DNA of 64,000 nucleotides from Azolla caroliniana (GCA_043228905.1 JBHGNT010000006.1:10416001-10480000); one strand, 5' to 3'. Positions 25,736-39,013 are shown, counted from the stretch's first letter. Notes: generated from the letters alone by a model not told the origin. Translations and numbers: made by a program.

Positions 25736-26489
25736 ACAGGAACAGGAGTGTGGAAGGAGCGGTAGTGACCGCGATGCCGAGACAGATGAAGAATTCAATT
25801 TCAGGCCGGCTGAAGAAGCCGAAGAGGAAAACAGGGGCTGTAATCATAAGAGCCGAAGACAACCAAACAAAGGGGAAATACAACCAAGAAGGGCGTAAAG
25901 GCCAAGACCAAGACGTGGTCTGATGTTGTCAAGGGCCTAAAAACAGAAGACGAATTGGAGACAACCAATTCGGGCGAAAGTGGAATTGAATCAAAAGTGA
26001 TCGATTTAATCTAAATGTTCGATTCAGACATTATGAATCGACTGAGGACCAAGTGGAGGAAAGGGAGATGAGAGAGGCACCAACACTGCGACAACAAGGG
26101 AGCTGAGAAGGGCCACATGACCAGACAAGCCGACTGGAAGGGTCAAAGTGTGCGAAATCAAACGGTTTGACGAGCGCAAGCGAGGCGTGAAGCCAGGAGA
26201 AGCTGAAGCGAAGATCTAGAGGAGCATGCAGAACCTCAAGTTTAGCTTGAGGGGGGAGTGTTGAGATACAAGCTCAACATTGGGTGCGTAACCCAATGTG
26301 TAGACTAGGTGCGTAAACCGAGAGGTTGTTCGAACGTTATTCCTCGTAAGGAATAATTTTGGGAGTTAGTGTAGAAGGCTCATTTATGAGTAGTCAAGTT
26401 CTGTCAGTACTTATGTCAGCCCAATAGTCAGGGCTTGTATAAAAGGTGCTCACTAAGCACGACTTATGTATAGAGAACATATAGATGTA

Positions 26490-26996
26490 TGCACGAAGTA
26501 TGTTGGGTTGCGTTATGTGTGCTCCCTCAATATATCTCGAATACCCTTTTCTGGCAAGGTATTGATGCATCTTGTATTCCCAAGATGCAAAGTTTGTCCT
26601 ATCAAGCATCTCTATAGGAAGAGTGCTTCCCATCTGAGTGTTCATGATGTTGGTTTCTTCTATGTTACTTGAACCCGTTTTGTTGATCGTCGGTGTGTAG
26701 CACAACACAATTGAATAATCTCGATCAAACAACAACACACTTTGATAGCATGTAAAGAAACGAGAGTGGCGTAGGTGATGTTGTGCAACGGAAGTAAACA
26801 TCGTATGTGTATAAGAGAAGGAGCGAGAGAGAGAGATTTGAAGAAGAAGCTATATTAGTGAAAAGATCAATTATATTCAACAATAACTAAGTCACAAAGA
26901 GTTGGTTTAAATACCAACTAGTCTAGGGCAAGTGCCCTTTTTACTAATTACAAAACTAGCCTAGTATAATGTCAACTAGCTAGTGTGCCTACAACA
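26490..26996 (-). mobile_element. Copia fragment F (gag N-terminus, decayed Met PBS, LTR), related to E, opposite orientation
   Basis: MGSTLPIEMLDRTNFASWEYKMHQYL on minus; ACTTTGATAGCA at 26739-26750 followed by TGTAAAG at 26751; LTR far end uncertain. Confidence 0.6.
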
Positions 26997-27099
26997 AAAA
27001 AAAGGTCAGGTCAGGTGGCCACCATTGCGTACATGTGACTTCCTTACGACGATGCGTTGGGTATTTTGCTCATGACCATTTTCTATGCATCTGTGGAGG

Positions 27100-27415
27100 G
27101 AGAATCCTTGTCTGATGGTTTGAACCATGTTGGAAGTGGTGTCAATGCTGGCTTTGCATGCTCCATGTTGAAACACTTCAGTACCTTCCAGATATAGTTG
27201 GATTGGAGGCGTTGGAGAGTTTTCTTTCTCCGGTTTCACTCTATCCTCATGCCCTGTATGTGTTGGGCTTCTTTGAGTTTCTTCATTGAAAATTTCTCAG
27301 GAAGCCTCCACTTCAGCTTCTTGATTTCGGCTTTATCCCTGCCTATGATAAACATGTTGTCGACATATAGGATTAGGTAGATCCTAGACTCGTTGGCCAG
27401 TTGCCGAACATATAT
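27100..27415 (-). pseudogene. Tnt1-like RT fragment
   Basis: Minus translation LILYVDNMFIIGRDKAEIKKLK...FSMKKL...KVLKCFNM resembles the RT of element C. Confidence 0.7.
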
Positions 27416-27417
27416 AC

Positions 27418-27690
27418 TATTGGGAAACCGATTCCTCCGGATGGGAAGAGGAGCATGAGTCGAAGAAAATGAAGAATTGAATCGGTTGACATCAACTCGG
27501 CCGAGGTTGAAAAATCAAACCGATTGTTTGATTCGGTTGTGGCCAAATAAAATCCGAATCGATTCAACTATTAGCTGAATCGGGGCTATAATTGTAAATA
27601 ACCACAATATGTGCCCTTAGTAGGCTATATTTGTAAATAGTTCATATAGTGCATATGAGTATAAATATAGTTAGGGCAAGTAGTTAAGTG
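27418..27690 (+). repeat. Truncated LTR related to the element C LTR
   Basis: TATTGGGAAACCGATTCCTCCGGATGGGAAG vs C TGTTGGGAGACTGGTCCCTCCGGATGGGAAG; shared GGCTATATTTGTAAATAG...TATAAATA...TTAGGGCAA. Confidence 0.65.
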
Positions 27691-27698
27691 CAAGGCAT

Positions 27699-28199
27699 TG
27701 TCCCACGGGCATGCCATGCTTATAGCCATCACCTACCCGAGGGACAAAGGTCAACAAGTCGAATTTGGAGTCGGGGTCGAGGCCAAACAATATGAAAGGA
27801 CAGAATTTAAAATGTAATTTAAGCTGAGTATAAAAATATACTAATTTAGGAAATAGAACGGTTTTCTTATAACTATAGGTTCTTGCCAAACAAGGCAGGT
27901 GTAATCTTGGAGAGAGACTCTCGGGTCCACTATAAAAAGGAACCGAGACCAATGTAATTGTATCGATCTATTTAGATTAATATAAGTTTAGTAGTTAGGG
28001 TATTTGTTGTGTCTATTATTGGCTTGGATAACATAGTGTCGAATATTCGGTCCTTTGTCTATTCGACTGAAGGTCTTGTGTTCGGGGAAAAAGAGTCAAT
28101 ACCACTTCGACTCGTTCATAAATTCCAAACTGTATGGACTTAAGTGTGAATTGAATAGAGAATGATTGTGTGACTATGGAGATGGCCAAGTCGGCTACA
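27699..28199 (+). mobile_element. 3' end of a G-family relative J: tRNA-Arg-like site (27699-27716) plus probable LTR (27721-28199)
   Basis: TGTCCCACGGGCATGCCA then TATAGCC...GGCTACA inverted termini, 479 bp, TATA box CTATAAAAAG near 27930. Confidence 0.55.
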
Positions 28200-29973
28200 A
28201 CCGACTGGTTATTGATGTTACACAGAACGTGGAAGACTCAACACAGATAAGCTATGACATAGTTTCTTACTCGGAGTATCAGGGCACAACCGAAATTCTA
28301 TTATAAGCGCAATGATATAGTAATTCAGATTAACCTTTACAAGCTTCCCATGGCCCTTTTTATAGGGCTCATGGACGATTACAACTATGCATGAACCTTA
28401 CTTTGTATTCAATATTTTACTTTATTTTTACTCCCTATTTCCTACTCTCGCTTCTTTATTGCGTCGCTTGGTCCTACCCACTACTAGTTGGACTTGGAGC
28501 CGTTTTTTGCCCCTTCCACACTTTGTTGTTTGAACCGGCCAACACATGGCATGCTCGTGGGACAGTGCATGTATGGTCGAACCCACGGCAGCTCAGGCTT
28601 CGTCAAAAATGTGCAAAATGTTCGGCTCTATTGGAATCGGTTTGGGTTCACGTTGTTGGGTCGAGGTGGGAGTCGGATCTGGCTCGGTGGTTTGTTCCTT
28701 TTTTTCTTTTTCCGGCGGGGGCTCGAGGGGTTCTGGTTTGGAGGGGTCATAGGTTGCGCATGTTGCTCGATCATCTCTGGAAAGTCTTCGGCCGGTTGCT
28801 GCTGTGTAATGTCCGCCTCAGTGGGATGAAGGACGTTTGGGGATTGTTCGTCTGATCCGTTGTCGGGAAGCAGGATCATTTCTAGCTCCTTCCCAGTGTC
28901 CTGCTCTTTCTCTGCTTGCACTGGAGTGACGTGCCGCGAGCACTGTGTAGTTCTTTGTGAGGTCTGCCTAAACTATGTTAACACTTTCTTGGTCGAGTTT
29001 GTAGAACCTGCTGCCTTCTTTCCTTCGATTTTCCTGGTTTGCTCGAAATATCTAGAGTTTGGCAATTTGTGCGGACCAGTTGCCCCAACCTCGTTACAAT
29101 CGATCTAATATCATTTGGGGGGGAGTTTTCTTTTCGTGTTTCGAGCAGCGTTCGGATCCTCTCCTCCCACATTTCTATCTTCGCTCGCATGTGCTCAATG
29201 CTTTCTTCTAGTTGCGTTATTTTTCATGCAATGCGTCTTGATTGTAATGTGTACCGGTCTTGGATGAGGCCCATATTCGTCCACAAGATGTCCAATTCCT
29301 TGGTATACATCTCCTCTATCTGATCTATTTCGTGCCGCATGCGGGATTGGATTTCCTCCACCAATTTATTCTTGGCTGCCATCTACTCTTCGTACCATTC
29401 CTTTTGCTTTGATTTTGCCTCGCAAAGTTCCTTGATTATATAGTTTGTTCAACACGTGAGGTAGCCACTTGTTGTTTGCCCAGGGTTGCTAGAGTCCGAT
29501 TTTGCGCGATTGTTGCCCGTTCCTTTGGGTGAACACCTTCGATAGATCTGCGTCTATCGGTCTTCAAGGGCGTGGTACGTGAAGGCTTGTACCGAGGCGT
29601 CGAGAGAGATACAAGGCTTAGAGAGTAAAACACTAGCCAGACTTTGATAGACGTGGCGGCGTGAAACTCATAGGCATAGATCAAAACACAGACTCATGCA
29701 GCAAAATCGGCACAATTGAGATATATTACTATGGCAGAAAAAGGATTACAGAACACGGCCTATGGCCGGTGACCTTACAAGTTTATCTAATTCGAATGAC
29801 TAAGCTAGTGCTTCCGCTTATAATTTTCTTCTCTCTCTCCCTATTCTGAGGTACTGCTCCTCGTTTAAATAACTTTTCCCCTAACACACAGCCGAGCCAT
29901 CGGTGGCCCGTGATACTCGGACTCGGCGTTTGCTAATTTCTTAATTTTACATTTCTGTCCTCTGGACAACACC

Positions 29974-29991
29974 TGGCACGCCCGTGGGACA
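29974..29991 (+). other. tRNA-Arg-complementary site at the PPT position of element G
   Basis: TGGCACGCCCGTGGGACA, 2 nt from the 3' LTR; no purine tract in element sense. Confidence 0.8.
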
Positions 29992-30182
29992 GGACCTTGT
30001 CCGTCAGACCCACGACTTACAAAATACTACAATATTACAAAAATTGCCTTTTAGGCGTGATCCTCGTTTCATTCCTACTTTAAGATGTCGAGGATGCTTT
30101 CGGGGTCCGGGGTGGTGGCAGGGTGGTCTGGTTGGACTGTCGGTGCGGGGGGTTGAGTTTGGTCCGGGGGTGGCATATCTTC

Positions 30183-33105
30183 TCAGGCGTCCGCCTCGGG
30201 TGCGGCCGATTCTTTTGGTGGAGGTGTGGGTTCATGGGCGCGGGCCTCTCCTTCGACAGGCTCTGGTACCGTGTGGACGTCCATGGGATGTCTATTGGCC
30301 GGGGCAAGTTCCTCTTGTGTCGTGTCCGTGATCTCCTCGCTGGGAGGTTCTTCTTTCTGCTCTGTGGCCGTTGGAGGGCTGGTGGGGATGGCTGCGAGTC
30401 GTTCTCGTTCGAAGGCTTCTGCTTCCAGGCGAAACAACATCTGACCATCATTGAAGTCCTCCATTATTTGCTCGATTGCCGTGGTGTGAGATTTTTCCAG
30501 GGACTGGTAATCCTCGATTAAATCTGCATGCAGGTTTTGAATGCTGGCTTTGTCCATTTTGTAGAAGCTGTGGCCCTCCTTCCGTCGGTTCTCGGCGTCG
30601 GCGCGTAAAATATGCAATTCGGCAGCTTGGGCTACCCATTCGTCTTCTGCGCGACTTAATGTTTCCTCGACCTTTTTGGTAAGGTGTTGGCGCTGTTTCT
30701 CGAGCAGTATGCGGATGTGTGTCTCATCCATGTCGGGCTGTGCTCGGATGGCTGCTAATTTCTGTTTTAAGCCGTCGACCTTGGCCTGAATCTTCTGTGT
30801 CCTTAGCTCATAGATGGTCTGTTTGTTCTTTGCATCCGCGGTTACGAGCTGGAGAGCCTGCTCGTAACGCTTGGTGAGTTCTTCGGTGGCCTGCTCCCGT
30901 TCTTTCTGACACGTGGCCTGGATTTGTTCCCGTTCGACGATTCTCTCTTCTTGTAGGGCGAAGTAGGAATCTGATAAGGTGTCTCTTTTGCTCTGAAAGT
31001 AGCTTGCACTTGATGAAAAACTCGTTAGCCATCTCTTTAAAGGTCGTACGCTGACTCTGCAGCTGGGCATTCTCCGCGTTCATCCTCTCCTCCCGTTCGC
31101 GATTTCTTTCCTCCTGCCACTGGTTCCAGTTGTGTGCATTGTCGAGCACGGCCTGTAGGTCTAGAACTTCCGTCTCTTTCTTCACCACTGTGGCTGCGTA
31201 TTCCTCCAGCTTGCTTTTGAGTTCGGCTTCCTTGGCCGCGGCTTGCGCTTGTACCCGGCCCAGTGCTACGTTCTACTCGTGTATCCTTCGGTCGGCCTAG
31301 GCTCTTATCTCGGCCATCTACTTGGAAGCTTCTTCTTTTAGGCGAGCCATCGCCTCTTGATGCCGTTGTTCGTGTCTCTCGGTTCGCCGTTGTTCTTCTT
31401 TAAGCTCCGCACGGTAATCCCGAAGCGGGGGTTCTGTCTGAGTTGCCACCTCCTTCGTTGCACGCGGTGCGGGTAGTTCGGTTTGCTCCACGGCCGTGGC
31501 CGCCTCGGTTGTTGTGCAGGCATCGACCATTTGTAACGAGTCCGTTTGTGCACTGGCCTGCACCTTCAGGATGGAGTCGGTGATGGTGCTTTCATCCATC
31601 ATTGTTATGCGTGGAGGCGCTGGGAGGGCCTCAATGGTCGTTACTGGAAGGCTCGGGACTTGTTGTTCTAGCCGGTTTTGCTCCCAGGCTGCCAGCTTCT
31701 GGTTCGCAGCGTGCCATAGTTCTGTAGCCATCTTAGCCTGTTTTTGGGCTACTTTTATCTTCCGGGCCATGTCTCTGGCTGCCCGTGTAGTGCGATCCAG
31801 GTCCCGATATGCCTCGATAAGGGCCGTGTTCAACTCGGGGACCTCCATGAGGAGAGCGACCTGTTTTGCCTGCTTCTTCCTCCCGATTTTTTGTAAAGCC
31901 CTGTCCTCCTGGGGCTCAATTTCACCTATTAGCACGCGTTGAATCATTTTTGTTTCGGCGTGCTCTTCAGCCATTCGAGCGGCTGCCGCGACTTGGGCTC
32001 TGGCGAGGAAGTCGACTAGCTCGAATGACGTACCAAGGCAGAGGAGCGCACTAAATTCGTAAGCCTCCATGGGGAGGTCCTTATACCCGAGGACTTCATC
32101 CTCCGAGATCTGTGTTGTCTGCCCATGCTCGATCGTTCCGTGGTTCAGCGATGCCTCCGAAGGGGTGATAGCCAGGTTGCTCTGTCTGACCACTAAGGCT
32201 TGCTCTTGATGTGGCTCCTTCTGTTCTTCCAAGGACTCGCGGTTGAGTCGTCTTCTTTTGCTTGGCTGTGGTTGGGGTTCCGGGGCCGGTAGTGTCGTTT
32301 CCTCCGCCTGCTTCCTTTTCTAGGGTCGTGGTGGTGCAGCCTACTGTGTGTTGGGGCGTGGGCTAGGTCCTGGGGACGTTACCGAGGGGCGCGACGTTGG
32401 CTGTCAAATGGTGACGTCATCAGCCGTGTTGTCTTCCGCGGCTACCTCCCCCTCCCATTCTTGGCAGGTCTCGGAAACTACCCTTTTTTGTTGGGGTTGG
32501 GTGGGTGGTGGTGCAGATGCGGTTTTCTGGTCGGCGGCAGGGGGTGAAGGCGATGTGGGCTCCTCCCATGCTTCGTGGCTGATGGCCACGAATTTCTCTC
32601 TCTGCCTCCGTGGTGGTGGTGGGGACGTGAGTGCGCGAGGGGAAGGAAGCGAAGAGGGTGGGTATAGCACCATCAAAAAGTGGGTAAGAACAAACAACAT
32701 CTTCTTACCGGACTGAAATGAAGCTAAGGCGGCGCGGAGTCCTTCGCCTGTGATGATTCCCCAATCGATTATGTTTCCTTCATAAGTGTTGATGATGATG
32801 GCTGCCTTGTTCTACGGCATGCTCATTGGGTTCGTATGCACGAACGCATACTCCATCAAGATACGAGCAATCTCCCCGAAAGCTTTGTTGGGCCCACCAT
32901 ACGTGCGATATGCCTTCCCTGTGGCTGAGTACTCACCGAAGTACGCCTTCGTCTTTGATGCCGGGGGTATGTCGACCTCATGGTCCCCTCCCTGTTGCAG
33001 GTCCAAAACAGCCCGAAGCACGTTGTTGGTGATGGCTTCGAGACTTATACGTTTCGCCACAGTTTGGGCATCTGGGTGCGCGGGGGCATCGATGATCTTC
33101 AGGTA
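30183..33105 (-). pseudogene. Element G extra ORF (about 970 codons; N-terminal globular region, long coiled-coil C-terminus), disrupted
   Basis: Successive same-strand ORFs 32812-33105, 32404-32700, 31318-32232, 30808-31188, 30183-31070; E/Q/K/A-rich heptad-like stretches. Confidence 0.7.
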
Positions 33106-33742
33106 ACCGCCCATTCCTCGTTCCTGGAGCCAGGCGCGGGTTTCTGCTGAGGCGGTAAGAGGCATAGTGGAGATGGAGGCTGGGTTCGACTGTGTGGAAG
33201 CGTGAAGCAAAGTGATGAGGCGAGGGCGAGCTACAGCAGGAGCAGCAGGAAGTGGAAGTCCAGCAGAGAGGTTATGAGAGCGGAAGAGGGCTTGAGAGCA
33301 AGAGCGCTTCGCGTGATGAGGGCGAGATGGGGTTTCTGATCTTGATAGCAATGGAGATGGAGAGCGATAATCGTCTGTGCTGCATTTTGGAAACGGTTTT
33401 GGTAACTTATTCCTAGGGTTTTGTGCCTGCAGCGAATCCTGAGGATTCTGAGTCGTGGGTGCCATAATAAGTGACTAGCACCACGTGTCCTGAAGGTGAC
33501 TGGGGTGCTTCTAGTGCTTTGCATGTGGTTTGCATGTGTGAACAACTTAAATACTAACTGAGGGGTGGCGAGGGGTGGAGCATAGAGAGTTGAAGGTAAC
33601 TTGAACTAAGAGTGGAGGTGAGGGGTGCTCCTAAAATTGTGGGTGCCTAGGTGGGTGGTGTAGGTGTAGCTAAACAGTGGCTAAACTATGGGTAATCCTA
33701 CCTACTACTACTTTTATTACTTTCAAGAAGGTGGGTGAGTCC

Positions 33743-36700
33743 TTATGCAGGGGGACACGTGGCGTCCTCCGTGGTGATCTCCCGAGTCCCGTTGGTGCCG
33801 TGTGGCTTGGTAAACGGGTTGGGTGGTGTAGTCCCTCGATATGGTCTAAGCAGAAAACCATTGGCCCAGCTCTTGACCGTGTCGCCGGCAAGTGTGCCAA
33901 GCTGGAACGTCCCGTTGAACTCGTCAATAATCCAGAATGGACCGGTCCACCGAAATCTTAATTTTCCCAGCATTGACCCGAGTCGTGTTTGGAAAAGAAG
34001 AATTGGTTTGCCGATGGTGAGCTCCTTCTCTAGTCCATGTCGATGTCGATCCACGAAAGCCTTGCGTTGCCATTGGCGTTGTTCGAGTTGGGCCATACTC
34101 TCTGTCCTATCTTCCCCGAGTTCAAGGAGTTGTTCCAGCCGGTATTGCTCGGATTCGACCTTGGGGAGCCGTGCTTTGACTTGAACTCGGAGGCTCGGGA
34201 CTTGGAACTCGACTGGCATTACAGCTTCTAACCCGAACGTTATTCGAAAGTGCGTCGATTGGATGCTTGTTTTGAAAGTCGTACGATACGCCCACAACGC
34301 GCTCTGGAGTTTGTCATCCCAATCGGTCATGTTTTCATTGACGATCTTCTTCAGTATGGTTTGGAGGATTTTATTTGTTGATTCTGCCAAGCCGTTCGCT
34401 TGCGGGTAGTATGGTGTGCTTTTCTTGTGCACCACCGCGTAGTGGTGTGTAAGCTCACGTATTATATGATTGATGAAGTGCCCACCTTGGTCACTAACGA
34501 GCTCGATTGGACATCCGTAACGGCACCAGCGGTGCTCATACACAAATTTAGCCGTGAATGCCGCCGTGTTATCTTAGACTGCCCTAGCCTCGACCCATTT
34601 GGTGCAGTAATCCGTGGCAACGATAATATATCTATTCCCTGTTCGGGCCATGGGTGGTTTGAAAGGACCTACAAAATCCAAACCCCATTTTTAAAATGGG
34701 TCCAACGGAAGAATCGGTTGGTGTGGCATCCGTGACTGTTCCATTGGTTGCCCCAGACATTGACACAAAGTGCACTGCCGGCAAAACTCATGAGCGTCTT
34801 TCTTTGTTGTCGGCCACCATAATCCACTTTGCCAAACTTTCCTTGCCATGGAATCCCCGGCGTAGTGTCCCCCATCTACTCCCTGGTGGGCTTCCTGAAG
34901 AACGGCGTTCTTCTCGAACTGCCGAATCACTCGGCGCCATATGCCGTCCGAGCCTTTGTGGTAGACAATGTTCGAGACGAGGCAAAAATTCCGACTACGC
35001 ACTGCTAGGCATTTTCTCGTGTCAAGGGTCATGTGCTCGGGAGGTACACCGGTAGTGAGAAAATGGGTCATCTCCGTGATCCATTCATCTCCGTTATCGT
35101 CTGGTACCGTGGTCAGGTTAAATAGGCTGGTGTCTGGTAGCTCGTCGTACGTTGTTTTCGCCGGTTCTCCTGACTCAAGACGGCTCAAGTAGTCGGCGAC
35201 GGCATGTTGTACCCCGGGTCGATGCTGAATCTGAAAATCGAACTCTTGTAGTAGGAGCATCCACCGAACCAACCGTCTGGTGAGGGCTTGTTTATTGACC
35301 AAATAAAGAAGGGCCGAGTGATCCACGTGAAAGGTAAATTTTCGGCCTAAGAGATAATGCCAAAATTTGTTGATGCTATAAATCATACCGAGAGCCTCCC
35401 GCTCGGTGGTGGAGTAATTCTTTTCCGCGGTCGAGAGCCGTCGGCTGGCGTAGTACACGGGCCTATACCAATTCGGGGGTGTGCATTGCATCAGAGCACT
35501 TCCGATGGCGATGTCCGAAGCATCCACGAAGACATGAAACGGTTCGGACCAAACCGAAGACTGGACCACCGGGGCATGTGACAACATTCATTTGAGGGTC
35601 TGATAGGCCGTGTCCTCGACTGACGTCCATTGGAAAGGAAGGCGATGGACTGCCGCGTGTAAGGGTGTCGCGAAATCGGCCAAGTGTCATATCATTCGGC
35701 TGTGCCACCGGATCTGTCTCAAAAAACGGCTTAGTGCCTTAGCGTTCGAGGGTGCGGTGGCCTCCAGGATTTCCTTTACTTTATCCGGGTCCATAGCGAT
35801 GCCTTCTTGACTAACAATGTGGCCGAGAAGGTTGCCGCTGGTGACTAAGAATGCGTATTTCGCCGGGTTTAAACTCAATCGAGCTTAGCGACATCGGTCC
35901 AGGCAGAGTCGTAACTGGGTCATGTGTTCCCGTCGATGGCCATACACGGCGAAATCGTCGAGAAAAACTTGCATGAACGCCGGGATGTAGTCATGAAAGA
36001 TTTCAGTGATGATGCGCTGGAACGTAGCCAGCGCTGTTTTTAGACCAAACATCATAACTTCTGCTACAAAAACACCCCATTCTGTGACGAAAGCCGTTTT
36101 CTCCTGATCCTCCAGGTGCATTCTTATCTGGTTATAGCCGCTGAACCCGTCGAGGAAACTGTAGCATTCGTGGCCGGCTACCGTGTCGAGGACGCTATCC
36201 GTGAATGGGAGAGGGAAACCGTCGGTGACTGTTGCCGCGTTAAGCTTCCGATAGTCGACGCAGACACGGATTTTTCCGTTCTTCTTTGGGACCACTACGA
36301 TCGGGCTCAACCATGTAGCCCGTTTAACAGGGCGAATGAAGCCCACTCGGAGTAACTTGTCAATTTCCTCTTTGACTTTAGCGGCGTAGTTGGGGTTCAT
36401 CCTGTAGCGCCTCTGCTGAACCGACCGAGTGTCGGGTAAGATGTGAATTTGATGTTGGTAGTATTGAGGATCCAGCCCCTTCATATCGGTGTAAGACCAA
36501 GCGAAAACATCCTGGTAGTTGGTGAGTAATTTTACGAGGCATGCCCGTTCGCCGGTTGGTAGATTATTGGTAATTTGTACCGTACGGGGATTCTCGTCCG
36601 AACCGAGGTTTATTGTTTCCAGGGTTGATGCTTTCACTCGTTGTGAAACGGCAAGCTCACGTTCGAAAGCCTCCCGAGCATGACGTAGCTCGGCAACTGT

Positions 36701-37348
36701 GGTTGCATCGGGTTCATCCTGGGGTGGTTACTCCTCCGTGACTTCCTCGTCTTTAGATGGCTCGATGGTTGGTAAGACATTGATTTCGAAGAGAGGAATG
36801 ATCGTGGGATGATCATCTAGGAAGTCATCGACCTCCTCATCGGCCAATCCATCAAGCATATGGACCCCTTCCGCGTATAACGGCGAAGTGTTGAGGGCGA
36901 CGGGTACTCGTTCTTCAGTGATGATTCGGACTTTTGTCTTCCCTCTTCGGAACGAGATCATGTTGCGTTGCCAATGTTGCTTGATATTCGTTGTACGCAA
37001 CCATGGTCGACCTAGTAACATTGGGTAGGCGCCTTGTGTCTCTAGTCGTAGCACGACAGCCGAGATCGTGAACATGTGGCCGCTGAGTGTGCAGTCGAGA
37101 TGGCGGATTAAACCAATGGGGTGAACGGAGCGGGTGTCGGCCATCCGAAGCCAAAAGGGACATGGTTCCCATTGATTCAGGCCGAGTTTGAGACACGTTG
37201 ATTCGCTAATAACGTTTATGCCGGATCCGCCGTCGATGATGCATCCGTGCAGGTCTTGTCCCTTAATGATGATTCGCACGGCTGGGTTCTGAGAATCCAT
37301 GAGTGGTGGACCGGTTCCTGCTTCGGTGAGGTGTACCGGTGGTGTCAC
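33743..37348 (-). pseudogene. pol: Element G pol (PR, RT, RNase H, integrase) with stops and frameshifts
   Basis: IIDGGSG; LDGFSGYNQI, MMFGLK, FLDDF; FVDASD...EREALG; GHYAG, SDQGGHF, YYPQANGLAES, WTGPF; no chromodomain. Confidence 0.93.
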
Positions 37349-37498
37349 GGCCGTAGTATTGGCCTATAGTGCCGCCAGGGTGTCCCGAAATCTCGGCATG
37401 AGTGGTAGCAGTTTATGTAGGGGCGGTGAAATGCGAGAGTTGGTAAGAACATCCCATAGTTGGTTGTCCTCCGACGACGTGGATGGTGTCGGGGTTTG

Positions 37499-39013
37499 TC
37501 ATACTTCACTGGGCCTGTCCTTCATGTCAGTTTGCATGCGTGCGGCATTATTTTTATTGGCCGTGTCGACCCATTCTTTTGCTGCCTGTCGTACTTCATC
37601 CTGGATTTGCCACTGAGTAGTCTGCGCTTTACTCCGGGTAGTGACCGTTTGAACATCGGCCATGATACTGTTTACCGCGGGCGCCTTGCCACGGTTGGTT
37701 GTCGGACATTGCGTGGCGTAGTGGCCTGGTTGGTTACATTTAAAACATGTCACGTTGGCCGAGCTGCTGGTGTCCGCTCAGTCTGTGTGTGGAAGCAGTT
37801 GTTGTTGATCCTCGGTCTCAGTTGGTGGTGGGTTGTTCCGAGGTGCGTTGGAGTTGCGTTGGTCCTGTTGAGGATCGTCCCGTCGGTGGTTGTGATTAGG
37901 TCTTCTGTTGTTGCGGGTGTTGCGATTACCGTTTCGTCGATCCATGCGTGAGTTCCTTCGGTCATACCGATCATCGCGATCGTCATCGTATTGAGCATAA
38001 TCGTCGTGCCGGTCATCGCGATAATAATCACGGCGATTATCACGTTGGTAGTCGTCGTTTCGGCACCATCGATCCGGGGATCGCGGTTGGTCGTTATCCT
38101 GGTCGCGGTAGATATATCGCTCGTCTTGCCGAGAGTATGTATTTCATGGCTCGATCTGGCGGACTAGTGCCGTCGTTGTGCGGTTCAGCATATTATATTC
38201 GCACTGCTCGACCGTGTGAACTCGAGACTGACAGATCGGACACTGTGGTCGGTGGGGACATTTGAGGGCTAGGTGTCCTGATCCTGAACACGCAGTGCAT
38301 TGGAGGGCTTGGCGAAAGCGATTGTCCTCTTGGGGAAGAGTGTTTTGCAAGGATGTCATCGACAAGGCCGTGCCGTGCTGGTTCCAATCGAGGGCGAGAA
38401 GGCGCGCTATGACTTGTTCGATAGTATGGTTGGCGAAATTTGTAAGTGCGAGAGTCGTTCGTAGAGGCTCTCGTAAACTGGATAGGAAAGTGTCTGGTAT
38501 ATGTTGTGTCGAGACATCATCGGCCACTTGTCTGTAGAGATCCTGGAACCGGATCGTAAACTGCGCGACCGTTTCGTGCGGTTCGTGGCATATAGAGAAG
38601 AATTGCCGTAGCAGTTCCCGTTTAGTCACCTCGCGATGAAAAAGTTCAAGGAACTTTGTGCGCATGATTTGGAAAGTGGTGGCCTCTCCTATTTCGAGAC
38701 GAGAGTACCATCGTGCGGTCGGTCCCTCGAGGGAGAGTGTGAGCTCGGCAATCTTCGATGCATCGATTTCGGCCGGTGTGAGGCGGTGCGTGGAGTGGTT
38801 AGCCTGCCACGTGGATATGAAGGCACGGACGTGTGACTCCGCGTCAGGTCCGTCAGCATATCGTGGGTATGGGTACGGCATGATGTCGTACTGTGGTTCT
38901 TCTGGTAGCACCGGAAAAGGGTTGAGTTCCAGTTGATTGACCTCCGGAGGGCTGAACGGGGGCGCTGGTGGTGAATCCACTAGCGATCGAGTGTCCGGTG
39001 GCGAGGATTGCAC
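37499..39013 (-). pseudogene. gag: Element G gag with zinc knuckles
   Basis: Retrotransposon gag-like SLEGPTARWY...ETVAQFTIRF; CTACSGSGHLALKC, CPICQSRVHTVEQC, CFKCNQPGHYATQC. Confidence 0.85.

Larger units (their letters stand above)
2243..26482 (+). mobile_element. Ty1/Copia element E, degenerate; host to element B, a solo LTR and element C
   Basis: LTR TGTTGAGATACAAGCTC at 2243 (split 2243-2643 + 15011-15043) and at 26259 (truncated near 26482); decayed Met PBS TGATATTAGAAC 15044-15055; PPT GAGGGGGGAG 26249-26258; gag-PR-INT-RT-RH order. Confidence 0.85.

Noticed and set aside
27699-28564. MITE defined by a 20-bp inverted repeat
   Set aside because: No TSD; better explained as two oppositely oriented G-family 3' ends, each with its own LTR terminus and TATA box
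32602-32708. GT-AG intron in the G extra ORF
   Set aside because: The frame reads through without splicing (FQSGKKMLFVLTHFL) and looks coding
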